This document shows, in pieces, positions 52,229 through 64,000 of a DNA stretch of 64,000 bases. How positions within the stretch are numbered: the stretch's first letter is position 1; the number at the start of each line of letters is the position of its first letter. The DNA comes from Camelus dromedarius (Eukaryota): positions 39,434,001-39,498,000 of the forward strand of contig NC_087436.1 of the NCBI RefSeq assembly GCF_036321535.1. Reading direction: 5' to 3'. The translations under genes and the position numbers were made by a program. The notes beneath the pieces are model-generated. The model did no database searches. It saw nothing but the letters and a program-made list of their open reading frames with translations, and was not told where the DNA came from.

Positions 52229-55078
52229 GTAAGGTCCATTGTTATGAGGCAGCTAAATGCCAAGTTACATTTTTAAACGTCTCATTTTGTAATCCTTACT
52301 TATAATTTCTGTCATACTAAAAATACATACATGTTCTCTATCATTATCTACCTACTTAGCTTCATATCTACCTGTCTATATATGGAAGTTCAACAATTTA
52401 AAAAAAGCAACATTTTCTTTGATGATGAATAACCATATCTTGCTATTTATCTCATTTGCCTTTCCTACCACCACCCCTCTTCTTGGTTGGAGCCATGGAT
52501 GACTTTTAGGTTCATTGTGTCTCTTCAAGTAAGACTGTATGCTTTGAATGCTCAGTTTTATTCTGATGCATCACTCCTACTGGATGTTGTTAGTACTGAC
52601 ATCACTGTGTCAGAAATCACAGAGAAGTCCAGTGTCAGATGCTTTGGTATTACATTATTTCCTTTCTCAGAATGGGCTGATAATTATCACTTTTATTTGA
52701 GAAAAACAGCTTTCTTGTCATGAGGTGACCTTTAGAACTCACCCTTGACCTCACTCTCTTAAAAACTGAGTATCACACTTTGGGCGCTATATTTCATGTC
52801 ACACACAGTGCATTCCGGAGTAAAGACTTAAGTTGGTTGAAGTAACTGCAAATGATGCCTTTGAGCTAATATCTGAATGAAGTCCATGAATGCCCATTCT
52901 TTCTTGTTTTCCATATTTCTATGTCATGCTTGAAGTAATTGTCTCAAGCTTGAAAAAATGAGCAAAATTATGTCATTTCAGCCTGAGATAGAGCCAGTTG
53001 CAAATATTTACTAAACCTTAGAAATATACTTTCATTTGCGCTAGGTATGACTATGTTTAAACATATGTCTTAAAATATGTAAAAGTAATATAAAATGTTA
53101 GAGAAAGTTTGGAAAATAAAGAAAAAAAACTACCCATAATTTTTCCATTCTTACACCACCATTGCTATAACTTTGTATAACTTTATAACAGCTCTAGTGT
53201 GGATATATAATTTTTCCATCCATGCTTTTTACTTTTAGATTACTACAGTCATAAGTTTTAATAACATAATAACTATTGAATGTTTATATCATAATTTACT
53301 TAGTTAATATTTTCTGTTAAAAATAATGATATTATGAAGATATAGATGCATGTTATTGCACAATATTTTGAATTTGCATGGGCAGTGCAGTTATAATTAT
53401 CGAGCCAAGGGGTATGACATACCAGGCAAATAAATATAGATGTTTATAATGAATAAGAATTACTTAATAAATACTGTTTCATCTGTGAGTGAATCTCTGT
53501 TAGTTTGAGAACTATATTCTGTTTTCACAAATTTAGAAAGATTCAAAAATACTATTATTTACTATTTGCACATTTTTCCTTATTAATGAAAACCGTTGAG
53601 TAACACTGATTTTTCTCCATATTTTACTTATTTTGGTTCACAAATACATTCAGTTTTTCTTGCATATACAAAATATCAGAACTTAATGGTTCTAAAAATG
53701 TTCTCAATAATATTTGATAATAGTTCTAAACAATTGTGTAGAATTAGCTTGTGCTACATTTAAATTTTAATTTACAGAGGAATTTCTGAAAAAAGAGTAT
53801 ACTCTTTTGGAATGAGAAAGAGGGTGAACTTTGGGTTTCTTTGTACAAATGAAATCTTGAAGTAAAATGACCTCTTGTTTTCTGTTGTATAGTTGATATG
53901 GACAGATGGTAATCAGATTGATGCATTTTGTGGAAACACGGTGTAAGTTGAAAGTGATAGCAATATGAGATTTAGGATAATTAATTTTCTAGCTAAGACT
54001 CGATTAATCAGCAAAATAGAAGTCTTAGGATGACTAATTAAAAGTTGCATTGTTTTAATTTATTAAAATGTTCATCTTGCTTAATAAATGTAATAAATAA
54101 GTTCATGGGGAAACAATTAGGATAATTCATGGGGAAATGATTAGGAAAACTCATCTTTCAAATGGGAAGATCTCTTCCTATTCTTCATACAGAAATAATT
54201 TTAAAAATCCAGTGATGGAAGTGATTGATGTAATATGAGTAAGAGTTTAATTACATAGACTCGTAGAACTGAAAGACACTTTAATTATCTTTTGGCTCAG
54301 GGATTTCTGGAGGTTTGGATTTTACAGAACAAAAGAAAATAACATTGGGGGGAAGATGAATGAAGGTACAGACTGACTTAGTTATCAATATTTAATTTTG
54401 CAGATCTTTCCTATTTCTACTGCATATATATTTATTATAATACATTTAGGTTTTTTTTTTAAATAATGCAGTGTTACAAATAAAGTCAATTGGAACACAA
54501 ATATAATTTATAAACATTTAAAAAATCAGATTTATGTAATCTTATGAAAAGCTAAGAACATTGTCATTAATCTGATTTTGATGAGCTAAAGTCATGGATT
54601 CATCATGGATTGGATACAGTGCTTGAGAAATCACTGAACTAACACACACTTTTTTTGGAAGAGAGGATACCAAAGAAGCCTAGAGAAGCTAGTGAAATCA
54701 AATGAGCTCAGAGGGCTCTTCAGAGAATGATATAAGACAAGTGTTCTCACTTTTTGGCCCACTGTGTTATTATCATAGTCAGGAATTTGAGGTTGATCTC
54801 TTTGTCTGCATTCTTTCTGGTGGGTTAAATTGTAGACAGAACACAAAAATAGATGAGGGAAAAAGGATTATCCATCCACTAGTTACCCATTCACTCAATC
54901 AAAAATTGTTAAGATGATCAAAATAAGTGATGGACCAAAAACTGCTCTGAGAACTGAGTTCTCAAGATAGGAGATAGGACAGATACCCTCTAAAGTCATG
55001 ATGCTTACTTAAGTTGTTCCTTGTTCCTTGAAACAAGAGACAGCAGTTGTATGCACAGTGTTTATTTTATTGCCACAG

Positions 55079-55275
55079 ATATGGCAAACAAGCCTCTGCA
55101 AACTACTATGAAGAAAGCACAGGGCCCATATGGTTGGATGACGTCAGCTGCTCAGGAAAGGAAAGCAGTTTCCTTCAGTGTTCCCGGAGACCGTGGGGAA
55201 GGCATGACTGCAGCCACGGGGAGGACGTTGGTATTGCCTGCTCTCCCGATGGTGATGGACACAGACTCTCTCTGG
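55079..55275 (+). CDS. PRSS12: Neurotrypsin exon 7 (SRCR3 C-half)
   Basis: Acceptor attgccacag|; YGKQASANYYEESTGPIWLDDVSCSGKESSFLQCSRRPWGRHDCSHGEDVGIACSPDGDGHRLSL; donor G|GTGAGG. 197 nt, phase 2-1. Confidence 0.96.
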
Positions 55276-58200
55276 GTGAGGACCTGCTACAACTTTAAAG
55301 CATTTCAGTAGCTACTGAGCCTCTATCCACTGGTCTGGAAAGTGGAGCATTTCTCATCTTTGGCTTTTTCTTAGTTTCTTAGTTTATTTTTTCTTAGTTT
55401 ATTTCCCATAATAATCTAATTTTCAGTAATTTCCATGCAGAGAAAAATAATCTTTTGAGTCTTTCCACCAATGTTAAAAATATCTACTCCTAATTTTCTA
55501 TAAGCCCAAGTTTCTCACTAAAAATGTTTATAATCACATGTACCTGAAAGATGGAATAAAGAAGCTGCAGTGTCTGTTCCCCCACTGATTAGTCACCTCT
55601 TCTGATTCTCATTTACCTTGAATTCTAATGAACTATTTGAGAAAAGATTAAAAAAAAATTTGGAAGAAATGATAGCTCTCTGTCCTACTGCCCATGATTC
55701 ATTTCTTCTTCAGTCCTGAGTCTTTGTCTGACATTGGTTGCCAGCCATCCAGTGCTCCTGTCCTAACCTAGATCTTTCAGGTTTCCCAGTGGGCTCCTTA
55801 GCTGGATTTATTGGAGTAAGTAGCCCACTATCTTTTTAAGGTAACCTGTAACTGAAATACCATCAGCGTCCTTTATTACTTCCTAGTTCCAAATTTCTAG
55901 AGACTTACAGTTGGATAAAAGGTTAGCTCATCTAACAGTCTTGAATATTTATAGATAAAGATCTTTTTGTGAGCAGAGAGCAGCTACATATCCTTGACAG
56001 ACTTAACATCTGATGAGGAGGGCAGAATAAATATGAATGAAAAATATAGAGGGAGATTTTCAAAAGACTTGCCAGGGCACTACCATAGCTCTGTTTTCTA
56101 CCTATGCAAGTATTTTTTTGGTGCACAGATGTAAGAATAACCACAGGTGGGTCTTTTCACTCAGGCTTGAAATCAACCCCTTTTGTTTACTCCTGTTTTG
56201 AGACTGTGAAGCTGGACTCTTTATGTTATAAAATAATGGAATGTGTAGAATCCCACAGTATTAACTCTTTTGTATACTGAAATCAGTCAGAGTATATAGT
56301 TGATTCCTCGTGTACTCTAAACTGTGAGACCACAATGACTCACTGCCCTGATCTAGCCTTGTGCCCAGTGGAAATGCAGCATTTCACCCCATCCCTTATA
56401 GGTCAACTTTGTCTTTTTTCATGTGTTCTCCTCCCTTGCTCCTTTCTTCTTATGGAGGGTTTATAATCCTCCCAGGATTATGTGATGAATGGTTGCATGT
56501 GGTTTGGGGAGTTAGGGTTTATTTGCTAGAAACAGATCCTTTTAATGCCAGACATCAGGTGTTCGGATCATGGAATGATCTATGCAGGCACACTTGATAA
56601 ATACTCTAGGTGATAAAGTATTACAAATACTACACAAAATACCATAATCTGAGTTCTCTGAAGACCTGTATCGTTAAATATATGCATATAGTTAGGACAA
56701 CTAATCCTTTCAGTTCCCCTAAAAATCTTTTTATTTTTAGGATTATAGATATATTTTTAAAAAATTTAAAAAGCTGAGGGTGATCATTATTAATAAAATA
56801 TGGGATCATTATTATGAATCTATTTGATCCTGATTTTGGGGTATATCTATTAACTACACATTTGTCCAAAGAACATGATATCTGAGCCAAATTATCCTTC
56901 TGGAATAGAATCAGATTACCAGTTATTCATCCAAAGAGATCATTACTTTCTCACTTATCAAAAAGGACTGTATAATTAAAAGAGAAGCTTAGAGAAGAAG
57001 ATCGTGGAATTGTGATATAAACAATAGCATTTTAAAAACAACTGAGATTTTTTTAAATTTCTTTGGCACTGTGATAATGAGCTGTTGGACTATTACAGTC
57101 TTCAGCTATTTGAAGGGTAACTTGTAGACTTTAAATGTGAGTAAATTTTTCTCAAAATGAGTAATAGTTCAATAGATACTTCCTGTTTTTGGGTGTGTGG
57201 TAGATAGAATGCTCAAAAACAATACTGTAGGTCAGTAAAAGTAGTTTTAGTGAGAATGCAGTTAATGCCTATGTGAATTGGGGGAAATTTGTGGGATGGT
57301 AAATATGTGAATTTCTCATTTTAATATTGCATTAACTCTTAAGTTCAGAGTATTACATCTTAGCAGAGATTTCTTTCCCAGTGATATTGTCTCTTACTCA
57401 ATTTTACAGCATAAAATTTGACTTTTTATTCACATTTATGCTAGATTTTATCTTTCTTCTAAGAAAAATATTATTTTATTAATAATTATGTATTAAATCA
57501 ATATTACAGAAAAATTAAAGAAAATTATTGTAATCAAAGTTTGAAATATATAATTAAAGATACTGTATAACCATAGGACTGTTTAGTTTTCCCATGAAGT
57601 TTGTATTTATTTAAGATTTTAGAAATAAAACACGTATATTATTATTGCCATAACAGAAAGAACTTAAACAGCGAGGTGGTATTGATAGGATGGCTTCTGT
57701 CATTCAGTTTCCCTTCAAGCATCGAAAATCCAATGAATTGATAAAATAAATGGCTAAAATTAGATTCAGAAATATTGTATGTATTGTTTTCACACAGTAT
57801 GCATCTTAGGCTTTAAAAATACTTTATCATTCTTATTTTTATATGACATATGAAAAACTGCCCATAAAACAACTAGGATAGAATGTGCATATGAATTCTT
57901 AATTTTGCACCAAAGATCCAAAAAATGTAAAAATTGAGAACTTTAGGAATTTCCTCTGTTTAAATTTTTTTTGAGGATCACTTTTTCACCTTGCTCCACT
58001 TACAAAGATCCCTCAAATTTCAGATACAATAGTAAGAAATGTGAAGTTTCAAATATACTGTGTTTTGTGACATCCCTAAAACATCAAGAATTTTAGCTAA
58101 AGTAAGCAGTGCATAGAGTCAGCACTCTGCAAACATTTGCTGATTTTAACTTTTCCCCATTGATTCTACTATGATGCCTGTTCCATGAAGTGAGTGTAAT

Positions 58201-58493
58201 CAGGGGCAGGAATTAGCCAGCAATTCTGCGGGCAACAAAGAAGAATCAAAGGCGTCAAAGTAGGACGTGTCCGTCTTGCCAACAGTATTTTCCTTCAGTG
58301 AAAAGAAAAGAATTTAGTGATTGCATGTGTTGGTTTAAAAAAAAACTGAATCATACTTTGTTCATTAGCTGCTTCCTTCACCTGCTTAGTTCTGATAATT
58401 TCACCATGTTTGATTGTATTCCCTAAATCCTTATCAGTAAACCTTAGGGACCTCAAAGCTGGAGACTCTTCTAGTAACTGGGTAATCTAAAGT

Positions 58494-58790
58494 GTGTATA
58501 TTAGTTGGCTTCAGTTTCTGTGACAAAGTATCCACAGACTGGGCTGCTTAAACAATGAGTATTTGTTGTCTCACACTTCTGGAAGCTAGATGTCCAAAAT
58601 CAAGTTGTCCACAGGGTGGGTTCCTTCTGAAGGATGAGAGGGAAAGATCTGCTCCAGGCCTCTCTCCTTGGCTTGCAGATGGCCGTTTTCTTCCTATGTC
58701 TCTTCACATCATCTTCCTTCTGTATAGCTCCGTGTACAAATTGGATTAGGGCCCACTCACTATATTACCTCACAATTCAACCCATGATAG
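58494..58790 (-). mobile_element. MaLR LTR (MLT1A/B-like)
   Basis: CCACAGACTGGGCTGCTTAAACAA...TCTCACACTTCTGGAAGCTAGATGTCCAA...GGCTTGCAGATGGCCG...ATTGGATTAGGGCCCAC. Confidence 0.7.
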
Positions 58791-59026
58791 TATGCAAGTC
58801 ATAGTGAGAGTTTTTAATTAAACAAAACCGTATTTATTGGTGTCGACAGAGATGTGTGAAAAACTCAGTGACAAATCACTTCATTTGCATAATTTAGATA
58901 AACCCCAATTTGCTAGAGATCAGTCTTAACTTTCACATCTTAGTAATTTTTTGGACTTAAGCCCTTCCTTTGGAATCAATCATAAATAGGACGCCTGAGA
59001 TGGAAATTGTCCTTGTTGGTGCTTGC

Positions 59027-59063
<37 letters not shown>

Positions 59064-59565
59064 TTTTTTGTCTTTCATCATTCAAGTTACTTGTACGTGC
59101 AGGTGTGTATCTAAAAATCCTAAAAATTCTTCCTAAAAATCCTAGTTTTGAAGTATAAATTTCTAGCTGTGTTCATGGATAAATGAGTAGATATAGAACA
59201 AAAACAACTCCAAGTTAATGTCTTTTATTGTCTAGAAGTTAGGGGTAGTAATACAATACACAGTTTTACAGTGCTATTTATTCGTTTATTCAGCAAACAG
59301 CTATTACTGTTCTCTATTATGCCAGGTGCTGTTCCAAGTGCTGGGAATACAAAGTTGAGCAAGGTCAGCACTCTGACCTCAAGGCTCCAAAAAATATTGC
59401 AAAAGTAGATACAGTTTTTTTTTAATGGATATTCTCTCTCTCTCTAACTGCTCAGCTGATTTTTAACTCATTTTAAAAAACAAGTAAGTGTTTTATAAAG
59501 TCCCTTAAGCTTTAGCATCAGTTTGCTTGCTTTGGCTTTTCTAATGCCTTTGAATCATGACTTAG

Positions 59566-59707
59566 GTTTTCCTATCAGACTGATGGATGGAGAAAATAAG
59601 AAAGAAGGACGAGTGGAGGTTTTTATCAATGGCCAGTGGGGAACAATTTGTGATGATGGCTGGACTGATAAGGATGCAGCTGTGATCTGTCGACAGCTTG
59701 GCTACAA
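59566..59707 (+). CDS. PRSS12: Neurotrypsin exon 8 (SRCR4 N-half); gene continues beyond the window
   Basis: Acceptor catgacttag|; (G)[46 protein letters not shown](K); donor AA|GTAAGG. 142 nt, phase 1-2. Confidence 0.96.
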
Positions 59708-60054
59708 GTAAGGGAAACCTAATTATTTGCAATCGTTACTTGATGAACGTTTCTGAGTTTTCACTCTTGTCCTTGCCAAAAATTAATATGATTCAATGGA
59801 AAATGCTGGCAGCATGCTGATTTGATTCAGAATTATAAAGAAATATTAAGTAGTAAATATCTAAATTTTTCTATTTTTTCATAAGAAGTATATACATTAT
59901 GTTAGTCAAGAAATGTAGCTTTTGTCTAATAATAAACAGTCTGATAACACTTGACTATTCATAATACTCCTGTCAGCCAGAGGTGTTAACCTTTATTCTG
60001 TGATTTATGTTTCAACACAGTAGCCCTTTAAGGGATTCTGCAATTACTGAAATT

Positions 60055-60545
60055 ACTGTTGGTTCTTGTCATTTGCAGTAATTATATCCTATAAAGTCAC
60101 TGTGAACACTGAATTAGGAAATACTGAGCCATTGCTTCTAGAGCTGAGTTGAACCAAGGGATGTTCTGCCTTTTTGTTTTAGCTCTTGTGATTACAAGCA
60201 ATTGTCCTTTTTGCAGTCTACTGGTGCCTTTTTTTTTTTTTTAATTTTGTGCCTTTTTGTTGATGAGTTCACTGTTTAAAATAACCCTCTGGCGTTTTGC
60301 TGAAGTGCTTTCTATCATTCCTGAATGAAGGAAGGCTGTGACTGCTTTACGGGGAAAATAAATGTGTTAGAAAGGCTTCATTCAGGCATGAGTTACAGTG
60401 CAGAAAAACATAGCACTAAATAAGCTGGGAAAAGGACCCTTATTTGCAGTTTGAGAGCTGAAGTCAAAAGGCAGTTGATCTCCTTTTGAGAACTCAACTG
60501 GGCAACTCTAGTGTTTTGAGACTTTACCCATGTCTGCAAATGACT
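60055..60545. mobile_element. Tigger6-like TcMar element
   Basis: CTATAAAGTCACTGTGAACACTGAATTAG...GCTGAAGTGCT...GAAGGCTGTGA...AGGCTTCATTCAGGCATGAGTTA. Confidence 0.6.
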
Positions 60546-60974
60546 ATGAAAACTCTGATTTTGGAGTAGGAAATATATGGAACATGGTACAGTTTAGAGG
60601 ATTATGAAATTTGAACTAATATACATAAATTGCCTAGCTCATAGTGTATTACTAATAGCAATTTGGATTTTAAAATGTATCCTTAATTATGCATCTATGT
60701 GTATCTTAAGTATTGATACATTTAACTGGTTATTCTTTTGCTGAAGACATCTTTTTTTAAAAAAGAATACATCTTTATTTTTGAAAGTATTTCTATTTTA
60801 ATGAAAGTTCAAATGTTTTTTTCTAAAGTTTTAAGTCAGGATTGTTTTTGGTTGCTGAGATACTACTTCAATGTACTGCTCAGTTTTGGACCTGGTTGCA
60901 GTTCTAATTGTCTTCTGGTCAATGTGTCCATTATTTGTTATATAGATTTTCAGTATTCAGAATTGGTGGTGTGT

Positions 60975-61137
60975 AGAGGGGAGGGAATAGCTCACTGGTA
61001 GATTATGTGCTTAAGGTGCACAATGTCCTGGGTTCCATCCCCACTACTGCCACTAAATATATAAACAAACAAACAAACCTAATTACACCCCCCCAAATAA
61101 ACATAAAATTTCTAAAAAATAAATAAATAGCCCCCAA
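60975..61137 (+). mobile_element. tRNA-derived SINE (Vic-1-like)
   Basis: ATAGCTCACTGGTAGA...GTCCTGGGTTCCATCCCCA, (AAAC)n, CCTAATTAC. TSD AATTGGTGGT(G/A)TGT at 60961-60974 and 61138-61151. Confidence 0.87.
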
Positions 61138-64000
61138 AATTGGTGGTATGTGGGGTTGGGGTAGTAGACGAAGGTAGGAGAAGTCTGCATTAGATGCCTA
61201 GGTGAATTTAGTCAACAATTTAAGTTTCCTTTTTTGCTCACTGTATTTCTAACCTTGTTTCCTCCATTTGAAAAAAAAATTATTATTCTTACATTATATT
61301 CCCAGTGAATTTCCTTACCTAAAATCATTCATTAAAGTATATTGCTGCTTGAGACTGGTATTTTGGCTTACTTTTATTTTTATTTTTTTGATAGTGGTGA
61401 TTTAGGACACCTGGTATTACCTTTGGAAACGAAGGAAAATAGGAAAGGAAAGATCACATTTGATCCTTGACTTGTGTGTCTAAGTCATGCTTAAGGAGAG
61501 AAAAAGTCTGTAAGAATATTAATCAATGCATTTTCACTTTGTTTTCTTTATACATTTTTCGTTGCTTTTTTACTTATCATTTAGTCCATTTTATAATCAA
61601 CTCAAATAGTGAATTTAGGTGAGAAACAACCTAGATTAAGTGGACAAAGTTTGTAGCAATTTTCAATAATATTTCTGTAACTATTATCAAGAAAAGCAAA
61701 GAAGATCTTACTTTGTACTTGCTTTTTAAAATAAAGCCTCTTAATAAATCAGTAATTTAATGTTACTATAACAAATTGAATAGTCATCTTTTACGATCTA
61801 CAGTTTGCCATCAAATAGTATTTACGAGAATCATTTATATATTTGACCAGTCTAAATATGCTTGAACGTCTTTATAATTTCCCACTGAGGGGAAATGGAA
61901 TTTTATATAAGAACAATTATGTTCAATATGTTTCATATATGTATATAAATATTTTACATATAAGAGTTAAATATAATTGTAAATAGGTATGTGATTAGAA
62001 TGAGACTCTTTCTCTCCATGCCAGCTTTGAATTATTAAAAATCTTTAATAAAGCATTTGTTCGTAGAAATCAATCCAGAAAACTTTGAAGCTGTCAAAAG
62101 GCTTGTGCTTTATTAATAAGAATTCCAGAGGCCTGTCTCTCAGCCAGCCATATCACACTTGAGGATTAGTCCTTGGAAACACTGAGAATCAAAATAGCAT
62201 TAGAAAGCTTTCCCATAATGGGAGAAACAGAAATGAAGTAATGAATACCAGGAACGTGAATGGTAACTAATATAGATATATTTAGAGTGAACAGAAAGTA
62301 ACAGGCACTCTTTAATGATCTATTACATAATGTCTGACAAAGTCTAGCATATGAGCACATTGTTTTTAGAGGGTTGAGAGAGAATGTGTTGATATCAGTA
62401 AACCTTGTTAAGACAGACTAAGTAGCCAGGATGGAAATTCCATTCTATTTGAACTTTGTGTGAATCTATTAGCATATGTTTCAATATAACATTGTTCTTG
62501 AACTGTGTATTTTTTAGAGTAGTATCTTTTAGAAGAATTTTAAAAATAATGTACCTTATTGTTGTAGTAAAGACCTAAAATTAAGTATATTTAACTTCTA
62601 TCTTACATTTAAATAGCTGCAAAGACATTAATTCTGGCATGTTTGTATATGACATTTAAAAATAGAACAGTTATATAATCTTTTAATTATATCCAATAAA
62701 ATAGAAATATCATAGTGCTTTGATACTCTATCATTCATTTAAAAAATACATGAACAGGTTCTTCTTTGATGTTCACAAATTTTACATAGTTCCTTTTTCT
62801 CCTTGAAATTGTGTTTTAAATTATCTTTCCCCACATAATCCTAATGTTATTATGCTTTTAAAAATGTGTGTGTGTCTGAGTACACACATGAGGAGAGCAA
62901 GAGAGAGAAATTAATTCTTCTAACAAGTTCCTGTTAGGATTTGATGGTTTCTCGTACACAACTAATTAAAAACAACAACAAAAAATAAAATTTGATAAAT
63001 AATTATTAAACATAGGGAAGAAAAGTTGACCAAAGCTCCCATTTCTTAGACTTAGATAGGTTGGGTTAAAGGAGGCTTCATTGCTATCATTTATTTTGAA
63101 TTGTTCTTTTGGCCACTTTAGAGGCTTTTAAATCTGGGAGCAGTACCCTGTGATCAGATATGGGATGAGTGAAAGAGGTGCCTTTCTTTTGTGAAATGGG
63201 AAAAGGGAAATTTTGACAGAGAGGTTGATCTTGACTTTAGCAAGACCAGTTTTAGGAGAGAATACACATAGATTTTCTTGATCTGCATATCGGTTCCTGT
63301 AAAGCCCTTACATCCCTTGGAAAGTCATCATCTACTCCTAGGAGCCCTTGATACCCAGTTTAAAGACTAATGTATTAGAGCGTATTGTCTTGTGGAAATT
63401 CTCAGCTGTGAATTACTGCACGCGTGTAGCCCACCGAGAAGTCCTTTCCCTTTTCTTTACAGATGACAGAGTCCTTAATTATTTTTTAAAAAGTCAAAGA
63501 AAAATTTATTAGATTTCACTATATCATTGAGAATGTCTTTAATTATGCACTTTTGTTAATGTTCTCTATGTCATGTATCTAAAGTGATACATAGTCTACA
63601 CATTGATTGGTAAATTGCTAAGAAATCATCCTTTTGTTTTATTTAATGAGTCTAATTTTATTTTCTACCAGTTTACTTCCACCCGTCATCTACTTTTATG
63701 CTATTTATCATGCTGTATTGTCTGTTCTTTGTGTAACCTTCCGTTTTTTGATTTGCAAGCAATCTAATTTTCTATTTTCTTTCCTTCCTTTGTCTAGTGG
63801 TTTGGAATTTCAGCATTCTTATTGTTTTACTAGGAATTCTCTTTAAATTTTTAGCAAACACGCTGGCATATTTTCTTAACAATTTCAAAAACTTCCCCTT
63901 TCTGAAAAATATCAAGACATTTAGCATGCTGTTAGTTACTTTCTACCTCTGCTCATTCTCACTCCCCAAGCTGATGGGAATCATCTAGGATTAGTTTCAA

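Noticed and set aside
54102..54150. Imperfect 24-bp-period duplication (TTCATGGGGAAA twice)
   Set aside because: Two-copy local duplication deep in an intron; no spacer array and no functional indication.
59708..64000. Search for PRSS12 exon 9 (SRCR4 C-half) and protease exons
   Set aside because: No matching coding sequence seen. Most simply they lie beyond the window, so this is not evidence of truncation.

Overview
Mammalian genomic DNA carrying the 5' two-thirds of PRSS12 (neurotrypsin/motopsin) on the + strand. It has a CpG-island promoter (~21.25-22.42 kb) and eight coding exons: 21850-22351, 35680-35818, 38785-38963, 42601-42751, 50163-50341, 52087-52228, 55079-55275 and 59566-59707. 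All have GT-AG boundaries and splice into one open frame of 1631 nt encoding the signal peptide, Pro-rich region, kringle, SRCR1-3 and half of SRCR4. The protease exons are not in the window. The rest is intergenic or intronic sequence with L1, L2, MIR, MLT1, ERV LTR, hAT and Tigger elements, plus a short tRNA-derived SINE that I read as camelid-type (Vic-1-like), so the organism is probably a camel, llama or alpaca (inference). I found no convincing wholly new biological system. The best leads are: (i) a strong-Kozak out-of-frame upstream ORF overlapping the PRSS12 start; (ii) a CpG/GC-shifted exon 4 resembling a GC-biased gene-conversion tract that altered amino acids; (iii) a degenerate, frame-neutral SRCR1 exon pair bracketed by inverted SINEs; (iv) an L2>SINE>solo-LTR nested insertion with readable target-site duplications (TSDs); (v) a 272-nt pure pyrimidine tract grown inside a SINE 1.8 kb upstream of the start codon. 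Repeat family names and human/mouse comparisons are from memory and need database confirmation. Repeat boundaries without TSDs are approximate.
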